A stretch of DNA of 58,926 bases. Origin: Candidatus Egerieenecus sp. (GTDB taxonomy: Bacteria > Bacillota > Clostridia > Christensenellales > Aristaeellaceae). The notes beneath the pieces were generated by a model, which worked only from the letters and a program-made list of their open reading frames with translations, did no database searches and was not told the DNA's origin. This document shows, in pieces, positions 1 through 8,638 of the stretch. Within the stretch, counting starts at the first letter, position 1. Every line of letters begins with the position of its first letter. Made by a program: the position numbers and the translations under genes. The stretch spans positions 1 through 58,926 of the forward strand of contig DBFBGQ010000121.1 in the NCBI GenBank assembly GCA_048201975.1, given 5' to 3'.

Positions 1-65
1 GCCGCTCAAATACCTTATACTGGTCTTGCTTTTGATAAGTTTTTTTCACACCTTTATCTTAAGCG

Positions 66-116
66 AAAAGACGAGGTTTGGATACCCTTTTGAGGTTCCT
101 TGCCTCGTCTTTTTTT
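66..116. terminator. Hairpin with flanking A- and T-runs (AAAAGACGAGG ... CCTCGTCTTTTTTT); possible bidirectional terminator
   Basis: 11-nt complementary arms at 66-76 and 103-113, followed by a T-run. The loop is long (about 26 nt), which weakens the call. Confidence 0.3.
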
Positions 117-331
117 GCTCGGGGTGTTTTGCAACGCGCCCTTTTTATGTCTCTATCTGTTTTTGCGCCATGCTTTCTTGGGCTCAAACTTCCCGCAGTC
201 GTCCGCCGTCTGCGGCCAGTTCAGCTTCCGCTCCTGGTATTCTTCCCGGGTGATTTCACCGCTGCGCATCTGCTGCTGAACTGTACCCCAAATGTTGGAC
301 AAAAGAAGCAACGAAAGGGGTACAGAAATCT

Positions 332-543
332 ATGGGAAAGGAATTGTTCACTGAGGAATTAAAAATAGCGGTTGTTCAATATGTGCTGGAAGGGCATACC
401 CGCAAAGAAACATCAGAAAAGTTTTGCATATCCCCACACATTTCCAATGGAAGATCATTCCCGTCCTAGTCGGAAATTGCAATATCTTGCGGGCATCGGA
501 GCGTCAGATGATTCCCAAGCGTCCGACAGAAAAACCAAATTGA
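332..543 (+). pseudogene. Frameshifted remnant of an IS3-family OrfA-like helix-turn-helix transposase gene
   Basis: ATG at 332 gives MGKELFTEELKIAVVQYVLEGHTRKETSEKFCISP..., the typical N-terminus of IS3-type OrfA/HTH proteins. The frame stops at 469, and HFQWKIIPVLVGN...KRPTEKPN continues in another frame to the TGA at 541-543. Lower G+C than the surroundings. Confidence 0.35.
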
Positions 544-738
544 TTTATTGTCAGTACGCAAAGGTTCTGCTGATTGGCCCACGCTCTCAACATTAAGACA
601 AGCATTGCAATTTGCTGAAATGCCGCCACAGTAGAAGCATTCAATCCACGTCTTGACGCAAGGCAGGCGTATGGTTATAATTGGTCCGAAACGCGGATTC
701 CATGGACGCCAAACAGCAAGCGAGGAGTGATGGAAAGC

Positions 739-2715
739 ATGAAAATCAAGCTCAGAAGTGCGGCCTGTCTCGTTCTGGTACTGGTGATGGCCGTATCAAC
801 CTGCTTTGCGCAGGAGACGCCCAGCCTTCAGGATGATTTTTACGAGGCGGTAAACGCCCAGTGGCTGGCCGAGGCGGAAATTCCTTCGGACAGCGCGGAG
901 GTGAGCGCCTTCAGCGAGATGAACGACAAGGTCAAGGAGGTCCTCATGGCCGATTTACAGGCCATGCTCAACGGTGAAAAACCCGTGGCGGAGGGCCTTG
1001 AGCAATGCATCGAATTCTATCGCTTGGCGGCGGACTATGAAACCCGCAATGCCCTGGGCGCGGAGCCGCTCCAGCCCTATCTGGAAGTGATCGAGAACCT
1101 GGACAGCCTGGAGGCCGTGCGCGAAAGCCTGCCGGAGCTGATTTTGCAGGGGATACCGGTGCCCTTTGGCGTCGCGGTCACAGCGGATATGGGCAACGCC
1201 TCCGTCAATGCCCTGTATTTCTCGCCGGCGTCGCTCTTTTTGTCCAGCAAGGATTATTACCTGGACGACAACACCCGCGTGGCAATGCAGAGCGTCTTTG
1301 GACAGATGTCCCAAAATCTGCTGGTGATGGCCGGCAAGTCCGAGGCGGAGGCGCAGCAAATCGTCTCCCAGGCACTGGCCTTTGACGAAAGCCTCGCACC
1401 CTACACCCGCACCGCCCAGGAAAGCAGCGACACCGCCTCCAGCTACCATCCTCAGCCCCTGGCGCAGCTGGACGAACAGGTGACATGCTTCGATTTCGCA
1501 GCCTTGCTCGCAGAGCTGATGGATGAGGCGCCCGAGACGGTCGTAGTGACGGATCCCGCCTATTTTGCGGCGCTGGATGAGCTGGTCAGCGAGGACACCT
1601 TCTCCCAGATGAAGAGCTGGATGCTGGTATGGACGGTCAATGCCCTGGCCCCTTACCTCAGCGACGACTTCCGCGTGGCGGCGTCCGCTTTTTCCCTTGC
1701 TCTCAGCGGCGCAGCGGAGCCTTCCTCCGCTGAGGAGGCTGCCTATAACATGGCGCTGTCCATGTTTGGCGAAGCCGTGGGGATCTATTATGGGAAGACT
1801 TATTTGGGCGAGGAAGCGCGCCAGGATGTGCAAGAGATGGTGGAGCGCTTCGTGGAGGTTTACAAGCAGCGCCTGAGCAACAACGATTGGCTCAGCGACG
1901 AAACCCGCGAAATGGCCATTCGCAAGCTCGAAGCCATGAGCATCCATGTGGGCTATCCGGACAATGTACAGCCCGTCTACGAGCTGATTGAAGTAATCCC
2001 GGCCTCCCAGGGCGGCACGCTGGTGGAAAACGTGATGGCGTTTACGCGCATATCGACGCAATACAATTTCAGCACCTGGGGCCAGCCGGTGGACCGCAGC
2101 GCGTGGCCGCTGACCGCTTGCACGGTCAACGCCATGTATACGCTCACGAACAACAGCATCAATTTCCCCGCCGCCATTCTGCAGGAGCCCTTCTACAGCC
2201 TGGAGGCGTCCGCCTCCGCCAATTACGGCGCCATTGGCGCGGTTATCGCCCATGAAATTTCCCACGCCTTTGACCCCAACGGCTCCAAGTTTGACGAGAA
2301 CGGCTCGCTGGCCAACTGGTGGAGCGAAGAGGACCTGGCCAAGTTTGAGGAACTGTCCCAGGCGATGATCGAGGAGTTCGACGGCATCGCCTTTGGTGGC
2401 GGAACGGTCAACGGCCTCCTCACGGTAACGGAGAACGTAGCCGATGCAGGCGGCCTATCCTGCGCACTGGAAGCGCTCAAGCAGGCCGAAGCCGAGCCGG
2501 ACCTGCAGGCTTTCTTCACCAGTTGGGCCAAGGTATGGCGCAACAAGGCCACCGACGCCTATACGGCGCTGAAGCTCACCATGGATGTGCATGCCCCCTC
2601 CAAGCTGCGCTGCAACATCCAGGTGCAGAACCTGGAGGATTTCTTTACTTCTTTCGGCATTGAAGAGGGCGACGGCATGTACCGCGCTCCCGAGGATCGT
2701 GTGTCGATTTGGTAA
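739..2715 (+). CDS. pepO: M13-family zinc metalloendopeptidase (PepO/neprilysin-like), secreted or lipid-anchored
   Basis: HEISHAFD zinc-binding motif and ENVADAGG (M13 ENxADxGG). N-terminal signal sequence MKIKLRSAACLVLVLVMAVSTC. GAGGAG lies upstream. The start could be 727, 730 or 739. Confidence 0.9.
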   Translation: MKIKLRSAACLVLVLVMAVSTCFAQETPSLQDDFYEAVNAQWLAEAEIPSDSAEVSAFSEMNDKVKEVLMADLQAMLNGEKPVAEGLEQCIEFYRLAADYETRNALGAEPLQPYLEVIENLDSLEAVRESLPELILQGIPVPFGVAVTADMGNASVNALYFSPASLFLSSKDYYLDDNTRVAMQSVFGQMSQNLLVMAGKSEAEAQQIVSQALAFDESLAPYTRTAQESSDTASSYHPQPLAQLDEQVTCFDFAALLAELMDEAPETVVVTDPAYFAALDELVSEDTFSQMKSWMLVWTVNALAPYLSDDFRVAASAFSLALSGAAEPSSAEEAAYNMALSMFGEAVGIYYGKTYLGEEARQDVQEMVERFVEVYKQRLSNNDWLSDETREMAIRKLEAMSIHVGYPDNVQPVYELIEVIPASQGGTLVENVMAFTRISTQYNFSTWGQPVDRSAWPLTACTVNAMYTLTNNSINFPAAILQEPFYSLEASASANYGAIGAVIAHEISHAFDPNGSKFDENGSLANWWSEEDLAKFEELSQAMIEEFDGIAFGGGTVNGLLTVTENVADAGGLSCALEALKQAEAEPDLQAFFTSWAKVWRNKATDAYTALKLTMDVHAPSKLRCNIQVQNLEDFFTSFGIEEGDGMYRAPEDRVSIW

Positions 2716-2723
2716 CACTTCCT

Positions 2724-2759
2724 ATCCCGGATGCCCCTGCGGCATCCGGGATTTTTTTT
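2724..2759. terminator. Rho-independent terminator between convergent pepO and the aldo/keto reductase gene
   Basis: ATCCCGGATGCC / GGCATCCGGGAT stem followed by TTTTTTTT. Confidence 0.7.
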
Positions 2760-2845
2760 GCGCGGAAGAGCAGACTGCGCGTGCGCATGTCAAGGCAATG
2801 TTCGTGCGAATCGCGCTGGGGTTCCATGCGGCCCTCTGCGCTGCT

Positions 2846-4000
2846 TCATGCTTGATCTTCAAAAATTTTTCTGGCCGCTCGCATGTTCTCCACAATCGGC
2901 ACGTCAAACGGGCAGCGCTTTTCGCAGCTTTTGCAGGCGATGCACTCGCTCCCATGGTGCTCCAGCTGCAGATAATGGGAGCGAATCGAGGGCGGGACGC
3001 TGGTTTCGTCCAGTCGCGCAATGTCCAGATATTTGTTGACCGCGGCAATATCAATGCCGCTGGGGCAAGGCTGGCAGTGGCCGCAATAGACGCAATGTCC
3101 GAGGAATTCGCGCTTGAGCGTGCCCAGCACACCGCTGTAGTCGCGCTCTTCGTCGCTGGCATCAAAGTATTCCATGGCCTGCAGGATTTCCCGACGGCTC
3201 TGGCATCCCAGCATGACCGCCGCCACCGCGGGGCGGGTCAGGGCGTAGTGGATGCACTGGGAAACGGTCAACGGCTGGGCAAACGGCGTGTGCTCGGGGG
3301 AAAGCAGCTTGCCCGCGCCGAAGGTCTTCATCACCGTAATGCCGATGCCGCGCTGTTCGCACAGCTTGTACAGATCCGCGCGCACCGGGTCCAGGCCATG
3401 GAAGGCCGACACATCCAGCTTGTCATGCGCGTTCAGCCGTTCCAGCACGTCGACCCCTGCGGGATGCAGGTCAAAGGCGGGGTTGATGCTGAACAACATC
3501 ATCTCCGGGACGCCTGTTTCGATCACTCTGCGCGCCATCACAGGGTTGTGCGAGCTGAAGCCGATATGGCGGATGTCGCCCAGCTGTTTGCGTTCGAGTA
3601 CATAGCGTATGAAGTCCGTTTCGAACACGCCTTGGTAATCCTTTTCGGAATCGATGAAAAACATCATGCCGAAATCGACGCAGCCAAACAGCTGCAAATA
3701 CTCTTCAAAATATCGTCTGACCACCGTCAAGTCCCGGCTGATGTCATACTGGTGGTGGATGTCCGTGGAGCCGATATGCCCTTGAATCGTCACATCCTTG
3801 CGGCGGCTGCCCAGCGCTTTGGCGATGTTTTCACGCACTTCGCGCCCCGGCATGAATACATCCAGATGCGTGATGCCAGCCTCCAGCGCGGCGTCGATGG
3901 TCTCCTTTACCTGCGCATAGGGCTTTCGGTCCAGATGCTCACAGCCCAGGCCGATGACGCTGGCCTGCACGCCCGTTCTTCCAATTTCCCGATACTGCAT
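2846..4000 (-). CDS. Aldo/keto reductase fused to a C-terminal 2x[4Fe-4S] ferredoxin-type domain
   Basis: N-terminus MQYREIGRTGVQASVIGLGCEHL is AKR-like. The C-terminus carries CVYCGHCQPCP and CIACKSCEKRCP cysteine clusters. Confidence 0.85.
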   Translation of the reverse strand: MQYREIGRTGVQASVIGLGCEHLDRKPYAQVKETIDAALEAGITHLDVFMPGREVRENIAKALGSRRKDVTIQGHIGSTDIHHQYDISRDLTVVRRYFEEYLQLFGCVDFGMMFFIDSEKDYQGVFETDFIRYVLERKQLGDIRHIGFSSHNPVMARRVIETGVPEMMLFSINPAFDLHPAGVDVLERLNAHDKLDVSAFHGLDPVRADLYKLCEQRGIGITVMKTFGAGKLLSPEHTPFAQPLTVSQCIHYALTRPAVAAVMLGCQSRREILQAMEYFDASDEERDYSGVLGTLKREFLGHCVYCGHCQPCPSGIDIAAVNKYLDIARLDETSVPPSIRSHYLQLEHHGSECIACKSCEKRCPFDVPIVENMRAARKIFEDQA

Positions 4001-4085
4001 GTTTTTGCCTCCCTTTCCTGGAATTTCTTTTCATTGATAGCATGAAACGGATCCACATACAACGCGGAGTAGAAGCGGCATACGT

Positions 4086-5402
4086 TTAGGCCGACGGCGC
4101 TTCCGAGCCTGCCGGCGCGCTCCCCAGCATGATTTCCACGGTAAATTGATCCCGGCCCACATGAAACTCGATGCTGCCGCCTGCTTTTTCCACCGTGCCG
4201 CGCATGCTCTGGATGCCAAAGCCATGGAGCTCCGAGCGGTCCTTGCTGGAGAGGAACGTATCCCCGCGGCGTTTGATGCTTGCCAGATGCGCATCGTTGA
4301 CGCAGGTGATCAGCAGCACATCCCAGATTCTGGAAAAGGACAGGCGAATCTTTCTGGATGGACTATGGGCAGGCAGCCGCAGGACGCCTTCAATGGCGTT
4401 ATCCAGCAGGTTGCCCAGCAGCATGCAGAAGTCCCGTTCCGGAATGGGAAGCGGCGTCAGCGGCTGCTCCGCCAGCGCAAAGGAGATGCCTGCGTTTTCC
4501 ATGATGATCGTCTTCGCCCTGAGAAGGGCGTCCACAGCCAGGCAGCCGGTGAAGAAAAGGCGGGGTTGGCTGGGGCTTTGCAACAGCGACAGCGCCTCAT
4601 GACGCTGCGCGGCGCTGAGATCAGGGGAGGAGAGCATTTCTTCCGCCGCCGCCATGCAGTGCCGCAGGTCATGCTGCACGGCCAGCATGTGCTGATAGAT
4701 GCCTTTCAGCTCTTCCTGATGCTCTGCAACGAGCTGCGCCGTTTGAGCCGCCCGCTCCGCTTGGCGCTGCTTGCTGTTCAATGCTGTCAGCCGCTCGTAG
4801 AGAACCATGACCAGGAGCATTCCCGCGAAAGCGCAGAACGCGCCGAGGAGAAGCGACGGGTCCGCATGCCCGGATAGGCGCGCGACAAAAAAGCATTCAT
4901 TGATAATGAAAAGGATCGCCAGCATGGCCACAAACAGCGGCATTTCCTTGCGCGGGGGCTCATGGGCTGCCCGGCTGAGCCGTATGGTGATGCTCATGAC
5001 CACGGTAACAGCCGCGTTCCCCACAAAGTAATAGATGATGACGGCGTCCTCCGAAGCGCTGAGCACGTTGCCGTTCATGGCGATTTGCATATCAAACATG
5101 CTGCTGACCAAGGTGAGCGTACCCAGGGACAGAAACGTATCCAGAACGGCCCAGAAAATGCACCGGAGCAGCGACTCGTCGGAGGTAAGCTTTGCATAGA
5201 CAAAGAAAATCACGGCGCTTAGCGCCTCCGGGACCGGCAGGTGAAAGGATTGTATGATAACGTAAAACAGCACGTAAGCCATCACGGCCGCTGCCTCTCC
5301 AAGCAGGTGATGCGGCTGCTGGGAGGTTTGTGTTTTCAGCGCGTATACCGTCAGCGATCCCTGGTAGGCGGTCATTAGCAGGTCGAACAGCGTCATCAGC
5401 AT
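4086..5402 (-). CDS. Polytopic membrane sensor histidine kinase, GHKL ATPase domain (AgrC/HPK10-like, partner of LytTR regulators)
   Basis: Hydrophobic N-terminal half with several predicted TM segments. H-box HDLRH, N-box LLGNLLDNAIEG, G-box HGFGIQS. A 2-nt gap separates it from the upstream response regulator gene. Confidence 0.85.
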   Translation of the reverse strand: MLMTLFDLLMTAYQGSLTVYALKTQTSQQPHHLLGEAAAVMAYVLFYVIIQSFHLPVPEALSAVIFFVYAKLTSDESLLRCIFWAVLDTFLSLGTLTLVSSMFDMQIAMNGNVLSASEDAVIIYYFVGNAAVTVVMSITIRLSRAAHEPPRKEMPLFVAMLAILFIINECFFVARLSGHADPSLLLGAFCAFAGMLLVMVLYERLTALNSKQRQAERAAQTAQLVAEHQEELKGIYQHMLAVQHDLRHCMAAAEEMLSSPDLSAAQRHEALSLLQSPSQPRLFFTGCLAVDALLRAKTIIMENAGISFALAEQPLTPLPIPERDFCMLLGNLLDNAIEGVLRLPAHSPSRKIRLSFSRIWDVLLITCVNDAHLASIKRRGDTFLSSKDRSELHGFGIQSMRGTVEKAGGSIEFHVGRDQFTVEIMLGSAPAGSEAPSA

Positions 5403-5404
5403 GT

Positions 5405-6133
5405 TTACGATCCTCCCAGATAATACTCACGGAATCGCCGGATCAGCTGCGCCTGATAGCCCCTGCTCATGGGGATGATCTCGCCGTTGGCCATGGTAAT
5501 GTTTCCGCTTCGGATGTTGCGGATATAGCGAAGATTCACAATGAAATTCCGGCGGCACTGCACATACAGCTGGGCAGGCAGCTTCTTCCGGAGCGCTTCC
5601 AGGGATTGCTTGCACTTGTATTCCTGTGCGTTGTCCGAAGTTTTCAGCGTGCAGGAATGCCCCGACGCCTCCACATACAGAATTGCGTCCTCCGGCAACC
5701 GAAGCATCTGCCCCGGCATGTCCAGGACAATGCAGTCCGTATGCCGCAGGGACCAGCGATGCCACAGGATATCCATGCACTCGCATAGCGCATCATCGGA
5801 GACGGGCTTGCGCAGGTAACGCAGCGCATTTACCTTATACCCTTCCTGCGCATACTCTCCGTAGTTGGTTATAAAAACGATGGGCAGGTATGCGTTGATG
5901 CGGTGAATTTCTTTGGCAGCCGCAAGGCCGCTCATTTCTCCAGGAATCTCAATATCCAAAAACAGCGCGTCGGCAGCCATGCCGCGCCTCCAGGCCTCCA
6001 GCATGTCCTCGCTTGAGGTGAACGTATGCAGCATGATACCGCCGGCATGTCCGGATTTCTCAGCCCAATGCAGGATCTTCTGCCGGAGCGAGTCCAGAAA
6101 GACAGGTTCGTCGTCGCATAGGACCAGGTTCAA
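5405..6133 (-). CDS. LytTR-family response regulator (receiver + LytTR DNA-binding domain)
   Basis: Receiver N-terminus NLVLCDDEP. The C-terminal LytTR-like region reads LYVEASGHSCTLKT...RRNFIVNLRYI. I prefer the TTG start at 6133 (GGAGG 8 nt upstream) over the GTG at 6142, which abuts the SD. Confidence 0.85.
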   Translation of the reverse strand: MNLVLCDDEPVFLDSLRQKILHWAEKSGHAGGIMLHTFTSSEDMLEAWRRGMAADALFLDIEIPGEMSGLAAAKEIHRINAYLPIVFITNYGEYAQEGYKVNALRYLRKPVSDDALCECMDILWHRWSLRHTDCIVLDMPGQMLRLPEDAILYVEASGHSCTLKTSDNAQEYKCKQSLEALRKKLPAQLYVQCRRNFIVNLRYIRNIRSGNITMANGEIIPMSRGYQAQLIRRFREYYLGGS

Positions 6134-6258
6134 TGCTCCCACCTCCTCGTGCTTGCAGTGTAACCTATTTTGCCGGTGTTGTCCATAGCGCAGAGGAGAG
6201 AATGTAAGAAAGTCGCTTCATCCGAAGATCTGCGCGGGGCGTGGCGGGCATCGGACCA

Positions 6259-6325
6259 CATTTCACGCGCAAATGGGCGCATTTCGCGCGCAATTTTGCT
6301 TTGATTGGTTTTTTTCTGGTAGAAT
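6259..6325 (+). promoter_or_regulatory. Two direct repeats (CATTTCACGCGCAAAT / CATTTCGCGCGCAATT) phased 21 bp apart, abutting a TTGCTT-18-TGgTAGAAT promoter; candidate LytTR operator
   Basis: Repeats at 6259-6274 and 6280-6295. Putative -35 at 6296-6301 and extended -10 at 6317-6325, oriented toward the 6450 CDS. Confidence 0.45.
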
Positions 6326-6449
6326 ATGTCAAAAGCCCCCAGCGCGAGGAAAAGCCAGCGCGGTCCAAACCGCCAAGGCCAGAATTTGCTTCCATGCATC
6401 GCCTTATAAGGAAGACCGGACTTCATCAGCGCAAAAAGGAGGAAGCGCC

Positions 6450-8624
6450 GTGCGAAAACAGATCGCCGCCCTGTGCCTGACGCTGTTGCTATGGGGAGGC
6501 GTAGCCAAGGCCCAGGAGGAATTGCCGGACCTGGCACAGCTTGATCAGGAAACTTGCCTGCAAATCGTGGACTATAGAGGAGCGTTGATGGTTGCAACCC
6601 TCGAAGGACTCTACATGCAACGGGAGGGGGACTTTGTCCTCCTCTCAGGAGATTTCCACCTTGGGAGCAGGGAGGCTCTTTCGGCGGACGAGCAATCGTC
6701 GCTGTGGGACGCTGCATACTATGGCAAGGATGCGGTTCCCCCAGGCAGCAGCGTGGATTTTTTGATCGTCTCTCGGCAGGAAGAACTGTACAGCCTGTGC
6801 AGCAACTACCTGGGGGTGAACAAGCTGACCCTTTCGGGAAACACGCTGCACAGCGAGCGGCTCTGTGCCCTGGATTGGCAGAGCTTTGTTACCGCCCCGG
6901 ATCAGCCTCCGCGCCTCTTTGACGCGGTAATCGATGGGGACATGCTGTATTTCCTTTGCGGCAGCGATCCCCTGCAGGGGGAGGAGTCCCTCTGGGCGGA
7001 GCGGCTTATGCGCTGCGATTTGCGTACCGGCGAAACGAAAACGCTGGCCCAGGGGACATACACGGGGTTGTGCTTCGATGGAGAGGGAATGCTGCTGGCC
7101 ACCGTTCCTTCCCTGAACAATCGCGCCAAGCTGGTGCGCATCTCCCCGGAAACAGGGGCGCAGGATGATTGGGCCACCGTGGGAGGAACTGAGCTGAATT
7201 ACCCCCGCCTGGATCCATCCAACGGCGATTGCTACTTCACCAGCGGACAGCGTGTGTATGTCCTGCACCCTTCAGGGCTGCTGGAAACGGCCTTTACGCT
7301 CTCCTCCCTGGCTAGTGCGGGGGTCTATGGCGCCTGCTTTACGCCGGAGCTGGGATATGTGGTCATCACCAGGTTGGGGATAGAAACTGCGGAAAATCAG
7401 AGAGAACAGGTGCTGTATGTCCAAGGGCTTACGGAAACCTATGCCCAGGCATACATGCTGGAAACGGGCATCAATGTCCAAAGTCTGGGAGGCTTCGAGC
7501 CGTCTGCTGAAGAGCTAGCCACACAGATGCTCATGCAGAGTACGGCTGCCGACCTGTACTGTCTGGAGCTGGATGCGCAGGTACGGGAGTTGATCGCGAA
7601 AGGATACTACACCCCGCTGCAAGGGCAGGCAGAGCTGGCCCAAGCCTATCAGCGGCTGCGGCCTTTTGTGCGCGACTGGGTGACGTGGGGGGAGGACTTT
7701 GCCGTTTTCCCCGTATACCTGTCATTGCGGGGACCTGCCTATGACCCGGCGCTGCGCACGGAAGTTCCGCCGGAAACCTGGGAGGATTGGCTGCGGGAAC
7801 TGCTGACGCGGGTGGAACACGATCCGGATGGGGAACAGCCGCTCTTTGAAGGACGGTATACCCGAGCTGATTTGCGCAGCATGCTGGTGGAGGCGCTGCT
7901 GGAGCAGTATTGGCTTGCCTGTGGAACCCACGGCTTGACTGTCGCCCAGACAGCCTTGGAGACCAACTTGACCCTTGCGCTGGCGCTGTGCGAGGCCATT
8001 GAGCCTTCGCATTTCTCCAGCGCGGACCCCTTGTTTCGCCTGAATGATGTGCTCAGCCCTGCCCTGCAGGCGGAAAACATGACGCCCCTATCCCTGGCCT
8101 TCCTCCCGGGAGAGGCTCCGGCCAGGACGCCGAAGGTGGCTGTTTATCTGCTCAACCCCTATTCACCCCGGCAGGAGGAGGCCTTGGCATACCTGGCCTA
8201 TATCGCTCAGGCGCAGGAGGGAAGCGCGCTGGTTTCCCTCTATGAGGTGAACGAGCCTCAGGAGAGCAGCGAATACCGCAGGCGGTATGCCACGCTGGTG
8301 GAAAATGTCCAGAGCCTGGAGGAGGAGCTGGCCCAAGCGCCTGAGGAGGAACGACGGAGTATACAGGACCGGCTGGACAGCACAAAGCATACCATGGAAC
8401 GTGTGGCGGAAAACCGTTACCTGGTGGATGAACCGGCAATCGACCGTTATCTGGCGCTGCTGCCCACCTTCCAGCTGCCTGCTTTCTCCCTGCCTGAATC
8501 GGCCTATGAAACGCTTCTGTTCCGTTTGATCCGGGGAGAGATGGAGGCAGGGGAATTTTGCCAGGAGCTGGACCGCATTCAACGGGCATGGCTGATGGAA
8601 AATCAGCTGGAATTTCTGGAATGA
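6450..8624 (+). CDS. Large secreted protein of unknown function (signal peptide; repeat-rich N-terminal half; C-terminal half weakly reminiscent of solute-binding proteins)
   Basis: GTG at 6450 is preceded by AAAGGAGGA. The N-terminus VRKQIAALCLTLLLWGGVAKAQEE looks like a signal peptide. The upstream part of the 6273 ORF overlaps the promoter and repeats and is rejected as coding. Confidence 0.7.
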   Translation: MRKQIAALCLTLLLWGGVAKAQEELPDLAQLDQETCLQIVDYRGALMVATLEGLYMQREGDFVLLSGDFHLGSREALSADEQSSLWDAAYYGKDAVPPGSSVDFLIVSRQEELYSLCSNYLGVNKLTLSGNTLHSERLCALDWQSFVTAPDQPPRLFDAVIDGDMLYFLCGSDPLQGEESLWAERLMRCDLRTGETKTLAQGTYTGLCFDGEGMLLATVPSLNNRAKLVRISPETGAQDDWATVGGTELNYPRLDPSNGDCYFTSGQRVYVLHPSGLLETAFTLSSLASAGVYGACFTPELGYVVITRLGIETAENQREQVLYVQGLTETYAQAYMLETGINVQSLGGFEPSAEELATQMLMQSTAADLYCLELDAQVRELIAKGYYTPLQGQAELAQAYQRLRPFVRDWVTWGEDFAVFPVYLSLRGPAYDPALRTEVPPETWEDWLRELLTRVEHDPDGEQPLFEGRYTRADLRSMLVEALLEQYWLACGTHGLTVAQTALETNLTLALALCEAIEPSHFSSADPLFRLNDVLSPALQAENMTPLSLAFLPGEAPARTPKVAVYLLNPYSPRQEEALAYLAYIAQAQEGSALVSLYEVNEPQESSEYRRRYATLVENVQSLEEELAQAPEEERRSIQDRLDSTKHTMERVAENRYLVDEPAIDRYLALLPTFQLPAFSLPESAYETLLFRLIRGEMEAGEFCQELDRIQRAWLMENQLEFLE

Positions 8625-8638
8625 GATGCGCTGAGCTG

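Noticed and set aside
153-269. 38-codon minus-strand ORF (MRSGEITREEYQERKLNWPQTADDCGKFEPKKAWRKNR)
   Set aside because: It is too short, has no RBS and has a stop closely upstream in frame. It looks like the C-terminal scrap of a lost gene, and I cannot name the family with confidence.
2585-4045. 486-codon plus-strand ORF over the aldo/keto reductase gene. Similar shadow ORFs occur at 955-2265, 9652-10725, 23143-24378, 24711-25871, 28136-29128, 31121-32179, 36771-37595, 37880-38710, 41366-42502 and 50377-51135.
   Set aside because: Each lies opposite a gene with clear family motifs, lacks an RBS and motifs of its own, and shows the Arg/Gly/His/Ala/Gln-rich composition typical of antisense frames in G+C-rich DNA.
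6273-6449. N-terminal 59-codon extension of the 783-aa ORF
   Set aside because: The extension overlaps the direct repeats and promoter elements and has no RBS. The GTG at 6450 has a strong AAAGGAGGA and is followed immediately by a signal peptide.
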